NCBI GenBank assembly: GCA_964016885.1
Contig: OZ024749.1
Span: 11,718,001 to 11,782,000, forward strand
Direction: 5' to 3'
Length of the DNA stretch: 64,000 nt
Origin: Eledone cirrhosa
Taxonomy: Eukaryota
Shown here in pieces: positions 13,753-26,624 of the stretch. The notes below the pieces were generated by a model. It was not told the DNA's origin, searched no databases, and saw only the letters and a program-made list of their open reading frames with translations. Position 1 is the stretch's first letter, and each line of letters opens with the position of its first letter. The position numbers were made by a program, and so were the translations under genes.

Positions 13753-14531
13753 CCTTTCTATTGGAATAGTATACCTCTTGATATATCAACTCCATTCTAT
13801 TGGAATAGTGTACCTCTTGATATATCAACTCCTTTCTATTGGAATAGTATACCTCTTGATATATCAACTCCTTTCTATTGGAATAGTATACCTCTTGATA
13901 TATCAACTCCATTCTATTGGAATAGTATACCTCTTGATATATCAACTCCTTTCTATTGGAATAGTATACCTCTTGATATATCAATTCCTTTCTATTGGAA
14001 TAGTATACCTCTTGATATATCAACTCCTTTCTATTGGAATAGTATACCTCTTGATATATCAATTCCTTTCTATTGGAATAGTATACCTGTTGATATATCA
14101 ACTCCTTTCTATTGGAATAGTATACCTCTTGATATATCAACTCCTTTCTATTGGAATAGTATACCTCTTGATATATCAACTCCTTTCTATTGGAATAGTA
14201 TACCTCTTGATATATCAACTCCTTTCTATTGGAATAGTATACCTCTTGATATATCAACTTCTTTCTATTGGAATAGTATACCTCTTGATATATCAACTCC
14301 TTTCTATTGGAATAGTGTACCTCTTGATATATCAATTCCTTTCTATTGGAATAGTATACCTCTTGATATATCAACTCCATTCTATTGGAATAGTATACCT
14401 CTTGATATATCAACTCCTTTCTATTGGAATAGTATACCTCTTGATATATCAACTCCTTTCTATTGGAATAGTATACCTCTTGATATATCAACTTCTTTCT
14501 ATTGGAATAGTATACCTCTTGATATATCAAC
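13753..14531. repeat. 39-bp minisatellite, about 20 copies
   Basis: Unit cctttctattggaatagtatacctcttgatatatcaact. Confidence 0.97.
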
Positions 14532-14537
14532 TTATAT

Positions 14538-14700
14538 CATCATCATCATAGTCATCATTTAACGTCCATTTTCCACACTAGCATAGGTTAGAGGGGTCAT
14601 CCCATTTGAGGTAAGTTGGGTCAGGTGACCATGTCTTACTCATGTAGGACTGTTTCTGGCTAGATTTCTACAGATGGATGCCATTCCTAAGACCAACCAC
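14538..14700 (-). mobile_element. SINE 3' part with RTE-like (atg)n tail, running into the 48-bp array
   Basis: catcatcat...tttaacgtccattttcc and gatttctacagatggatgccattcctaa match the SINEs at 21452 and 28030. Confidence 0.75.
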
Positions 14701-15790
14701 TTTACAGTGTGGGCTGGGTGCCTTTTGTTGTGACACCTACACAACCACTTTACAGTGTGGGCTGGGTGCCTTTTATTGTGACACCTACACGACCACTTTA
14801 CAGTGTGGGCTGGGTGCCTTTTGTTGTGACACCTACACGACAGTGTGGGCTGGGTGCCTTTTGTTGTGACCCCTACACGACCACTTTACAGTGTGGGCTG
14901 GGTGCCTTTTGTTGTGACACCTACACAACCACTTTACAGTGTGGGCTGGGTGCCTTTTATTGTGACACCTACACGACCACTTTACAGTGTGGGCTGGGTG
15001 CCTTTTGTTGTGACACCTACACGACCACTTTACAGTGTGGGCTGGGTGCCTTTTGTTGTGACACCTACACGACCACTTTACAGTGTGGGCTGGGTGCCTT
15101 TTGTTGTGACCCCTACACGACCACTTTACAGTGTGGGCTGGGTGCCTTTTGTTGTGACACCTACACAACCACTTTACAGTGTGGGCTGGGTGCCTTTTAT
15201 TGTGACACCTACACGACCACTTTACAGTGTGGGCTGGGTGCCTTTTGTTGTGACACCTACACGACCACTTTACAGTGTGGGCTGGGTGCCTTTTGTTGTG
15301 ACCCCTACACGACCACTTTACAGTGTGGGCTGGGTGCCTTTTGTTGTGACACCTACACAACCACTTTACAGTGTGAGTTGGGTGCCTTTTGTTGTGACAC
15401 CTACACAACCACTTTACAGTATGGGCTGAGTGCCTTTTATTGTGACACCTACACGACCACTTTACAGTATGGGCTGGGTGCCTTTTATTGTGACACCTAC
15501 ATGATCACTTTACAGTGTGAACTGGGTGCTTTTTGTTATGACACCTACACAACCACTTTACCGTATGGGCTGGGTGCCTTTTGTTGTGACATCTACATGA
15601 CCACTTTACAGTGTGGGCTGGGTGCCGTTTGCTGTGACACCTACATGACCACTTTACAGTGTGGGCTGGGTGCTTTTTGCTGTGACAACTACACAACCAC
15701 TTTACACTGTGGGCTGGGTGCCTTTTGTCGTGACACCTACATGTCACTTTACAGTGTGGGCTGGGTGCCTTTTGTTGTGACACCTACACA
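14696..15790. repeat. 48-bp minisatellite derived from SINE interior, about 23 copies
   Basis: Unit accactttacagtgtgggctgggtgccttttgttgtgacacctacacg, present once or twice in unexpanded SINE copies. Confidence 0.95.
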
Positions 15791-15985
15791 AACACTCATA
15801 TTGGAATACCATATCATTTTATATATAAACTCCTTATATCGTTTCCTCAATATTAATATCTGAACTCTTTGGAACTCTTAAATGAATAGAAAATACTGTT
15901 AATATTATTGAGTCATCACATTTCATATAACAGTTTATTGAACATGATCAATCTGTCTATCTCTAATATCATATTGAGAAATATA

Positions 15986-16535
15986 TACATTCCCAGTTCT
16001 GTCTACTGGTACCATGTGGTAATACATTCCCAGTTCTGTCCACTGGTACCATGTGGTAATACATTCCCAGTTCTGTCTACTGGTACTATGTGGTAATACA
16101 TTCCCAGTTCTGTCTACTGGCACCATGTGGTAATACATTCACAGTTATGACCACTGGTATCATGTGGTAATACATTCACAGTTCTGTCTACTGGCACCAT
16201 GTGGTAGTACATTCTCAGTTCTGTCCACTGGTACCATGTGGTAATACATTGCCAGTTTTGTCTACTGTGACCATGTGGTAATATATTCCCAGTTCTGTCT
16301 ACTCTAACCATGTGGTAATACATTCACAGTTCTGTCTACTGGCACCATGTGGTAATACATTCACAGTTCTGTCAACTGGTATCATGTGGTAATACATTCC
16401 CAGTTCTGTCCACTGGCACCATGTGGTAATACATTCACAGTTCTCTCTACTCTAACCATGTGGTAATACATTCACAGTTCTCTCTACTGTAACCATGTGG
16501 TAATACATTCACAGTTCTGTCTACTGGTACCATGT
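15986..16535. repeat. 37-bp minisatellite, about 15 copies
   Basis: Unit tacattcccagttctgtctactggtaccatgtggtaa. Confidence 0.95.
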
Positions 16536-16949
16536 ATCTAAGGTTTTGTGACAGACATAAAAGGATGTGATATAGAATTTGAAGCCAAAGAACCAGTATG
16601 GCCCCATCACTTCTGGTGGAGCTGCAAGGCTGCCATAATGACATATCTTCCTGTACTATAGCAATTGCTCCAACAGGCTCTCAACATATGATTGCACTCT
16701 CTATTAAGTATATTTTATCATGGCCCCCAAAACTAGGGAAGTTGTCATGTCTTTGACACATTCGAAACATCCTCCTCATCCTTTGTTGGCAGGTTTTCTA
16801 TGTCTGGAAGCCCTTCCTTTCACCAACCACTTTACTGTGTACTGGATCATGTAGGCCACCAACACTAGGGAGATTGTCATGTCTTTCACTCAACTAAAAG
16901 ATTCGCCATTATGATACTTTTTTAAATTCACAATTTCTTATTTTCATAG

Positions 16950-17060
16950 GAAAAGACGAATCTTATTTTAAGAAAGAGACAATTGGTAAAACTGAATTAA
17001 ACCAACATACAGCTAAACATCACAAACTTAAAGAAGCTATTCTATTTGTTCCATTAACTG
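16950..17060 (+). CDS. SHOC1: SHOC1-like visible exon 4 (RKDESYFKKETIGKTELNQHTAKHHKLKEAILFVPLT)
   Basis: tttcttattttcatag acceptor, G|gtaaag donor, 111 nt, phase 1-1, open. Confidence 0.8.
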
Positions 17061-18009
17061 GTAAAGATATACTTTTTTTTAAAAATATAAATTCAGTATT
17101 TATAAGTACAGAATTTGAACTATATATTGCTATAGCAGAAAAATAATATTATGCCGTGTTGGCCTAATATTAATACAACAAAGGAATTAAAGTTATTATT
17201 GTTGTTTTGTTGATAGCACACGAGGAGTTGTCCAGCTAATTATTATAGCGAGAAATGTAACGTAACAGTTGAAAGTAAAATGTATGTTTGAATTAAAGAG
17301 GAATCTAAGAAGTTGTAGTTTAGTTGTAGGTTTTGCAGCCACGAAAGAAGTACATCTGTTGCTGTAGTGATAAAAACTCTGGAAAGGATTTTTCCATATC
17401 ACATTTAAAGGCTATGGCTATGGTAAAAATATTACAAGACCTTATAATATTTTACAAGTTTTATTTACAACCGATTCCAAAAGTTAAGCTGGGTTGACAT
17501 GTTAAACAAAAGAACAAACAAAATTAAGAGTTTTAAACAGAGGAAGGCACGGACTCTGGCCGAGGTGCTAGCCAGGCCGAAGCTGAGTTGTTGTCGTTAC
17601 ATAATGGCAAGTGGTCGAACATCAAGGATAAAAATGGTGTTTACCTTTTCATGATTAAAGCAGCAACTGATTTGTTCAGGCAGAAATTGAAATATATATT
17701 CGTACGTGGCTTACAATTGGTCTAACTTAGCCAAAGCACGCACGGATATATTATTGATACACGTCAAGCAAGCAGCTTTGCTACATTGCCATTAAGTTAT
17801 GAGATGGAATATCTTTGTTGAAATTGTTTAGAATTTGTTAATTATAAATAGATGATGATGATGATTCCCTAGCTTATGGATGGGCTCCATTTCAGTTAAA
17901 TGGTTGTAATTTGATATGGACAAAACGTGAAGATCTATACGTATGACCAAGAGTGAGGGGGGGGATTATTTTATATGAATTACTCATATTTTTATGTACT
18001 ACATAAATA

Positions 18010-18395
18010 ATTGTTTCTGCTTTTGGCACAAAGCCAGCAATTACCCTAGGGTATTACTGGTACTTTATTTTATCGACCCCATAAGGATGAAAGGCAAAGT
18101 TAACCTCGGCGGGATTTGAACTCAGATCATAAAGGAACTCAGATCAAAGCATGGCGTCCGAATCTCTACCGATACTTGTTAATTATAAATATATGATGAT
18201 GATGATGATTCCCTAGCTTATGGATGGGCCCCATTTCAGTTAAATGGTTGTAATTTGATATGGACATAATACATAAATAATTGCCTCTACTTTAGGCACA
18301 AGGCCAGCAATTACCCAGTACATTACTGGTACTTTATTTTATCGACCCCCGTAAGGATGAAAGGCAAAGTCAACCTTGGTGGGATTTGAACTCCG
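18010..18395 (-). mobile_element. Two tRNA-derived SINE fragments (gcctttcatcc...gtcgataaaataaagtaccag family)
   Basis: Reverse complement of the core seen in the copies at 25670-26260, 32325 and 40565. Confidence 0.8.
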
Positions 18396-18507
18396 AGGTT
18401 GACTTTGCCTTTCATCACATAATACATAAATAATACTCATTTGTTGTGTTCATAGTTTTTGGCATTAATATATACTGGTTGGATGCCTTTCTTAACACCA
18501 CCACCAC

Positions 18508-19290
18508 TTTACAGCATGGACTGGGTGCTTTTATTCGTGCCACCAACACTAGAGAGGTTGTCTTACTGGACTCAGGGGCCCTATCCACCCCTCCATTTTA
18601 CAGCATGGACTGGGTGCTTTTATTCGTGCCACCAACAGTAGAGAGGTTGTCTTACTGGACTCAGGGGCCCTATCCACCCCTCCATTTTACAGCATGGACT
18701 GGGTGCTTTTATTCGTGCCACCAACAGTAGAGAGGTTGTCTTACTGGACTCAGGGGCCCTATCCACCCCTCCATTTTACAGCATGGACTGGGTGCTTTTA
18801 TTCGTGCCACCAACAGTAGAGAGGTTGTCTTACTGGACTCAGGGGCCCTATCCACCCCTCCATTTTACAGCATGGACTGGGTGCTTTTATTCGTGCCACC
18901 AACAGTAGAGAGGTTGTCTTACTGGACTCAGGGGCCCTATCCACCCCTCCATTTTACAGCATGGACTGGGTGCTTTTATTCGTGCCACCAACAGTAGAGA
19001 GGTTGTCTTACTGGACTCAGGGGCCCTATCCACCCCTCCATTTTACAGCATGGACTGGGTGCTTTTATTCATGCCACCAACAGTAGAGAGGTTGTCTTAC
19101 TGGACTCAGGGGCCCTATCCACCCCTCCATTTTACAGCATGGACTGGGTGCTTTTTTTCGTGCCACCAACACTAGGGAGGTTGTCTTACTGGACTCAGGG
19201 GCCCTATCCGCCCCTCCATTTTACAGCATGGACTGGGTGCTTTTTTTCGTGCCACCAGCACTAGGGAGGTTGTCTTACTGTACTCAGGGG
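18508..19290. repeat. 89-bp minisatellite derived from SINE interior, about 9 copies
   Basis: Period 89 (acagcatgga at 18511, 18600, 18689); preceded by SINE-like ggatgcctttcttaacacc. Confidence 0.93.
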
Positions 19291-19867
19291 ATTCTCTACC
19301 CCGCACCAATTTATTTGGAGTGGTAGCTCTCCTAGACGGGTTGCCTACACTATGGCTTACGGAGCCTCCGTCTGCCCTGTGTCTGTGCTGAGCAGAACTT
19401 GGTTTAACGTGCTATGTGCACAAGTGTTTAGCGTACAGCGCCAGGCATACATACTGGAAGGTGATAGATATAGGGAGGGTGGGTGGGATGGAAATGGCGA
19501 CTTCCTAGCCTCTGTTATTTTAAACACGGCTATTCTATATGAGCAATTTTTCCGTTACGAATAAATGCACATACACAACACACATATATATTAACAGCTA
19601 TATAAGTACAAACAGACATTAGTACTAGTACATATATCTATATATATATATATATAAATAAACATCGAAAGAAGGAAATTGACAATTTTTCAACTTATCT
19701 TATCTTCTCTACATCAAATAATCAGTCTAATGTAAAATTTTAAAGATTTCGCATGTTTGTTTTGAGTTGCTAGGAAATGGTGATTTCCTAGCCTCTGTTA
19801 TTTTAAACACGGCTATTCTATATGAGCAATTTTTTCGTTACTAATATATGCACATACACAACACACA

Positions 19868-21125
19868 TTAGAGAAGGATAAGCCACTATACTTAGCTTTT
19901 GTTGACCAAGAGAAGGCCTTTGATAGGGTACCCCGATCTGTCATCTGGTGGTCCTTAAGGAAACTAGGTGTAGAGGAATGGCTTGTGAGGACAGTGCAAG
20001 CTATGTACAGGGGTGCTGTCAATAAAGTGAGAGTAGGAATGGAGTTCAGTGAGGAATTCCAGATACAAGTAGGAGTACATCAGGGTTCAGTCCTCAGCCC
20101 GCTCTTGTTCATTATAGTCCTCCAAGCCATAACAGGAGTTTAAGACTGGATGACCATGGGAACTTCTCTATACTGACGATTTGGTTCTTATAGCAGAATC
20201 AGTAGAGGAGCTAGAGAATAAATTCTGGCTATGGAAACAGCAGTTGGAAGCAAGAGGACAGAGTAAATATAGCTAAGACAAAAGTGTTGATGAGTAGAAA
20301 AGAGGACAAAACTCTGATTCCGTCAGGGAAATGGCCATGTTCAATATGCAGAAAAGGAACTGGCATAAACTCTATAAAATGTACACAATGCAGATCTTGG
20401 GTACACAAGAGATGTAGTGGGATAGCAGGCAAACTAACAGGTAGGGAAAACTATGTATGCAGTAGATGTACAGAGAAATTAGACAGTAGTAATCACAGTG
20501 AGAGACACATTTTTCAAATGCAGGTGGCTTCTATAGAAGTGGTTGATAGCTTCCGGAACCTAGGGGATCAGATTAGCATGGGAAGGGGTGTCCAAAGGCC
20601 ATAGTATCTAGAATAAGGACAGGTTGGAAGAAGTTTAGGGAGCTGCTTCCTCTGTTGACAAAGAAGGGATGCCTGTGTGAGATATGCGATGCTGCATAGT
20701 AGTGAGACTTGGGTAGCAACTGCGGAGGATATGTGATGGCTGGAGAGAAATGAGGCAAGCATGCTCTGTTGGATGTGCAATGTCAATGTGCATGAATGAC
20801 CAAGCATAGATGAGTTGAGAGAGAAACTGTATAAGAGGGATAAGTTGTGGTGTGTGGGAGAGAAGACATGATATGGACATGTGATGCGCATGGAGGATGA
20901 CCACTGGGTAAAGAAGTGCCAAGAAATCCCAGTAGAAGGAAGACGCAGTAGAGGAAAACCATGAAAAACATGGGCAGAGGTGGGAGGTGGTGAGAGCAGA
21001 CCTCAGATTGCTGAAGCTCACGGTGGAGATGATAAAGGACCATGACAAGTGGAGAGATGCTGTGCTGAATAGGACCTGTCTCACCCTTGCAAACAGGGGA
21101 AAGTGGACGTAAAATGATGATGATA
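19868..21125 (+). mobile_element. 5'-truncated RTE-clade LINE (degraded RT with internal Cys/His knuckle, (atg)n tail)
   Basis: LYLAFVDQEKAFDRVPR, GVHQGSVLSPLLFIIV, LLYTDDLVLIAES; stops and frameshifts; tail ggacgtaaaatgatgatgat. Confidence 0.9.
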
Positions 21126-21451
21126 AATAATACATTCTATTTCATCTTTTATTCTGCTTTATTATACATATTTCTCTCTATATATATGTTTGGAGGTAGG
21201 AATATTTGAATATAACTGGTGAAGCACAACAAATGGCAAGAGAAAATGTGTGTAAAAATATAAATGTTGTATTTGTGAGTGGTCATAAGTCACATTTGTT
21301 GTATCATGAGAAGTGCCTGTACTATGTGTCATGCAAATGGTTCATGATCATGGCAGACAGAATTAGGAACATATTACCTGGGAAGATGATAAGGGAGATA
21401 TGCTAAAAGAACCAGTATTTTAGGGGCTTGTTCTTGTGGATGGCTACATTT

Positions 21452-21790
21452 CATCATCATCATTTCATTTTATGTCCACTTTTCCCTGCTTGCAAGGGTG
21501 GGACGGGAACTGATTCTGGCTTGATTTCTACAGCTGGATGCCCTTCCTAACACCAACCTCATTTACAGTGAGTGCTGGGTGCTTTTTTGCCGTGGCACCT
21601 CCACGACCACTTTGCAGTGGATTGATAGGGACCCCAGTCCCTATCATCTCATTTCTACAGCTGAGTAAACTGGAGCAATGTGAAATAAAGTGCCTTGCTC
21701 AAGGAAACAACACATCACCCGGTCTGAGAATTAAACTCATAACCTTTCGATTGCAAGGCCAATGCTCTAACCACTAAGCCATGTGCCTCC
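21452..21790 (-). mobile_element. Apparently complete SINE: tRNA-like head, central domain, RTE-derived 3' tail
   Basis: Head ggaggcacatggcttagtggttagagc...; tail matches LINE end at 21082-21125; near-identical copy at 28030-28415. Confidence 0.85.
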
Positions 21791-22098
21791 ATCCTAATTG
21801 AAATGAGTCAGGGAATTAGGATGCCAGGTGTTTTTTCACTATGGGTTTCTCAAGAAGCCTATCAGAAAGTAGCAGGTACTGTGATTTTCAGCTTGTTGGA
21901 CAGTAAAGCCTAGGTCTGACATCAAGTGTTACTGCAGATCACATCTCATATTAAGAATTTACCACCTCTGGGGGTGGGGTGGGGGCATATGCGATGCCAT
22001 CTAACTTTTGATTTCCCTTCAGTCTAACCCTGCTAGCTCTAGCTGTGATGGAAAACCAGCTACATGTTCTAAATGAAACTTGAGAATATTATATACAT

Positions 22099-22315
22099 AA
22101 ATTAGAAATAGAAGCTTTCGCCATATTTGTTTTACTAAAGAAATTTTAGCCAGATAGTAGGGTTTAAAACCCTCTAAGAAATGGAAAAAGATGAGTATTG
22201 GCGTACATGTACATAAATACTCATCTCTTTCCATTTCTTACAGGGTTCTAAACCCCACTATCAGGCTAAAATTTCTTTAGGAAAAAAATACAGCAAAAAT
22301 TTCTATTTCTAATTT
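22099..22315. mobile_element. Fold-back or MITE-like imperfect palindrome, arms about 105 bp
   Basis: aaattagaaatagaa...aaagaaattttagcc...aagaaatggaaa mirrored by tttccatttctt...ggctaaaatttcttt...ttctatttctaattt, centred on gtacatgtac. Confidence 0.75.
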
Positions 22316-22561
22316 CCAACTTGCTCGCTGTTTCAAAACATATTTACTTATTATATATATATGTTAGAGAACAAGGATAATGGAGAAAACTATGTTCTGG
22401 ATGTTTCCTTTCCTTAGTTGTAGCTATTTCACTTTACCAGTATCGCTAATCCTTATCATCATTATTCTCTTCCATGTAACATTGCACTTTGTAAGCATTG
22501 TACAGCTAACTTTTCATTTATTATACACAATTTCGTAACTCTCCAATTCTTTATGAACAAG

Positions 22562-22729
22562 ACGAATTTGAACAATTGATTAAAGAACTGGCAACTGCTG
22601 CAAAACCATTTATAACAGTATTAAATACCTCAGGAGATATCTGTTTTGAAAAATCATTTGAAGAACTCCAGCTAGATATGATTGCATTTTCCCTGAAACA
22701 GAAACAGTTTGAAAACAAGATGGCAAAAG
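22562..22729 (+). CDS. SHOC1: SHOC1-like visible exon 5 ([56 protein letters not shown])
   Basis: 168 nt, phase 1-1, AAG|gtacaa donor, weak aag acceptor; resembles recalled SHOC1 segment AAASPIL...FDQTRFLLKEQEK. Confidence 0.8.
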
Positions 22730-23643
22730 GTACAAAGAAATTTTAATTTTTTAGAAGTTGTTTAATATCATACATGTGTGAATGTTAATATTTGTATTAG
22801 TGTATTTTGTATCGTTAGAAGTCACCAGTGAAGCAGTTAAAGGCAAAGTTGTGGTAAATAACATAAGACTTTGAAATGTTTTTACATATAATTTATTAAC
22901 AAAGATTGCGAGACGAGCCACATTAGCTGGGCTGGCATGCCATTAAAATGAACAAACAAAATTAAGGTTTGAGAAGGTACGGTCAACTGGCTGAGGCATT
23001 AGCCAGGCCCACAGTGATGTTTTGTCGTTACATATTGTTTATGCTCGAGGAACAAAATCAAGAGATGTTTACCTTAACGGTGTCGAGCTGCAAGAGAGAG
23101 AGTTTTTCGAAAGAAGCGGGAATTTCTCCATTTGGGTGGAAGTTGAGATACATTTCCCTACGCTGGTAGCGATTGGCTTAGCTCAGCCAAATAACGTACG
23201 GAAAAGGGTATCAATGCGCCAAAGGAAAGTAGCTTGCTACAATTTCTTTAACAAAAAACATTAACTATTTTGTTCCCCTATAGATAGGCACTGCCTATAA
23301 TTGTTCAACAGTAAAGCCAGCATGGAGAATTAATATGTAAGTGGTTCATTATTCCATAGACATGTGCACCATTAATTTAATTCTCAGGGAGGTCTAGCAT
23401 GACACAGTGGGCAAAAAGGCTGGCATTTTAGATTAGAGTACATTCCATCCAATGGTCTTCCAAGCAGTTTCTGTTTACACAGTTTCACTGACAAGGCTTG
23501 AATCAACCTGAAGCTATTGTAAATTGCCCGTACCAAAGATGCCACACAGTAGGAGGAAAGCAATGACCTAATGATGTTCAAACAATCTTCATAACTATTT
23601 GACCATACTGTGTTCACTTAATTCAATTATATATAATTATAAG

Positions 23644-24084
23644 CCACTGTAAAGTGGTTGTGTAGGTGTCACGACAAAATGTACCCAGTACACTGTAAAG
23701 TCGTTGTGTAGGTGTCACGATAAAAAGTACCCAGTACACACTGTAAAGTGGTTGTGTAGGTGTCACGATAAAAAGTACCCAGTACACACTGTAATGTGGT
23801 TGTGTAGGTGTCACAACAAAAAGTACCCAGTACTCACTGTAAAGTCGTTTTGTAGGTGTCACGACAAAAAGTACCCAGTACTCACTGTAAAGTGGTTGTG
23901 TAGGTGTCACGACAAAAAGTACCCAGTACTCACTGTAAAGTGGTTGTGTAGGTGTCACGACAAAAAGTACCCAGTACTCACTGTAAAGTCGTTTTGTAGG
24001 TGTCACGACAAAAAGTACCCAGTACTCACTGTAAAGTGGTCATGTAGGTGTCACGACAAAAAAAGCACCCAGCCCACACTGTAA
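23644..24084. repeat. 48-bp minisatellite, same SINE-derived unit as 14696-15790 in opposite orientation, about 9 copies
   Basis: Unit cactgtaaagtggttgtgtaggtgtcacgacaaaaagtacccagtact; followed by SINE 3' part and gatgatgat tail to ~24247. Confidence 0.93.
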
Positions 24085-24398
24085 ATGAGGTTGGTGTTAG
24101 GAAGGGCATCCAGTTGTAGAAATCAAGCCAAAATCAGTTCTGTATGGCAAGACATGGTCACCTGATCTGGCATTGCCTACAACAGGACAATATGTCTAAT
24201 CCACGCGAGCATGGAAGAATGAACGTAAAATGGTGATGATGATGATAACATTTAACACATCAGTTTTATGTCAGATATCAGCTGTGTCCTCACCTGGAGA
24301 ATGTATGTGCTCTGCCAGCTTTAAAATGGCCAAGAAACACTGATATTATGGCGCTTTCACAGCTCTACCATCAGCTACAAAGAGAACAGATATATTAG

Positions 24399-24973
24399 TT
24401 AACTCTTTAATGTTCAAACCGGCAAAAACCGGCCAGAATTCTCTACCGTTTTCTGTTGAAACTGGCTGTAACTTGTCACTCAAACTGATGTTAAGGTATT
24501 GTTCTCAAAATAAATACTTTTAAAATCTCATAGATTCGATATTATGTGAGATAAAGCCTTTACCATGAAAATATAATAGTATATATAGAGTAATGTGAAT
24601 GTTATGTGAGGTAAAGCCTTTATCATGAAAATATAATAGTATATGTAGAGTAATGTGAATGTTATGTGAGGTAAAGCCTTTACCATGGAAATATAATAGT
24701 ATATATAGAGTAATGTGAATGTTATGTGAGGTAAAGCCTTTACCATGGAAATATAATAGTATATATAGAGTAATGTGAATGTTATGTGAGGTAAAGCCTT
24801 TACCATGAAAATATAATAGTATATATAGAGTAATGTGAATGTTATGTGAGGTAAAGCCTTTACCATGAAAATATAATAGTATATGTAGAGTAATGTAAAT
24901 GTTATGTGAGGTAAAGCCTTTACCATGAAAATATAATAGTATATGTAGAGTAATGTGAATGCTAAAGGGTTAA
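24399..24973. mobile_element. TTAA-flanked piggyBac-type MITE-like element containing a 60-bp x7 internal array (24541-24960)
   Basis: Ends TTAActctttaatgttc and gaatgctaaagggTTAA are imperfect inverted repeats; 60-bp array directly visible. Confidence 0.6.
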
Positions 24974-24994
24974 TTTGAATTTCTCCAAACTTGA

Positions 24995-25548
<554 letters not shown>

Positions 25549-25669
25549 CTGCTTGTGATTTTCAAATAATTTTGAAAACAATCAAGAATTTGGAGGGATT
25601 TAGAAATATAATTTCCGGAGAGTCAGACAATGGCTCTAAAATGCTGTGTTGTTTCATTATATATGGATT

Positions 25670-26260
25670 GGTAGATTGGCAGTATCAGTAGAGTGTTTCA
25701 CGCCATGCTTTGTAGTGTAGAGTTACGCCCCTTTATGGTCTGAGTTCAAATCCTGCCAAGGTTAACTTTGCCTTTCATCCTTACAGGGTCGATAAAATAA
25801 AGCACCAGTAATGTACTGGGGTAATTGCTGGCCTTGTGCCAAACGTAGAAACAATTATATATGGATTGGTACAATTGTTAGTGTTGGACTAAATGTTGTG
25901 CAGTATTTAGCTATGGCCCTTTACACCGTGAGTTCAAATCCTACCAACGTCGACTTTGCCTTTCACCTTTTGAAGGTCAATAAATTTAAGTACCAGTCTT
26001 TATTTTATATTATTTTACTGGGGAATCGATTTTCCACTCTAAATTGTTGACCTTGTGCCTAAATCAGAAACAATTATATACTGACAACATGCTTCATGAC
26101 ATAAAGTTACGTCCCTTTACGCTCGGAGTTCAAATCTCACCGAGGTTAGCTTTGTTTTTAATTCTTACGGGGTCTATAAAATAGAGTAACAGTAATGCAC
26201 AGGGGGTTGATGTAATCGGCTGTCCCTTCCCCCAAATATACAGACCTTGTAGAAACAATT
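25670..26260 (+). mobile_element. Three tandem tRNA-derived SINE copies
   Basis: Repeated gagttcaaatcc...actttgcctttca...aaaataaagcaccag...gtagaaacaattat. Confidence 0.8.
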
Positions 26261-26305
26261 ATATATGATTTATTCTTGTTCTTTCTTCCAATCTTTCTAC
26301 AAAAG

Positions 26306-26442
26306 GATCTTTGGAGAATCTCAGAAGTAAACTGTTTAAAGTTAAAAAGGATTTCCTGCAACATAATATAACCCATCCTAAAATAACAACAATATGTAAA
26401 GAGATTGAAAAATGTCTGATTCAGCATTTTATAGATGGCAAG
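26306..26442 (+). CDS. SHOC1: SHOC1-like visible exon 7 ([46 protein letters not shown])
   Basis: Pyrimidine tract plus aaaag acceptor, AAG|gtgaga donor, phase 1-0; HPK motif followed by ILIII in the next exon (helicase-C-like). Confidence 0.85.
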
Positions 26443-26624
26443 GTGAGATGCTTCTTTACATTTTGGTGTCATCGTCGTCATCATCATCATCATTGTCATT
26501 GTTGTCATCATCATTGTCATCATTGTTGTCATCATCATCTTCGCCATCATCGCCATCATCATTACCACCACCACACACCACTGTCATCCCATCAGGTGTG
26601 TGTGTGTATATATATACACACACA

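Noticed and set aside
13654-15863. ORFs of 190-384 aa including Cys-rich CGLGAFCCDTYTTTLQ repeats
   Set aside because: 39-bp and SINE-derived 48-bp units divisible by three; open in several frames and on both strands; no splice support
21700-21790. tRNA gene
   Set aside because: tRNA-like head of a SINE, continuing into SINE body; no convincing cloverleaf
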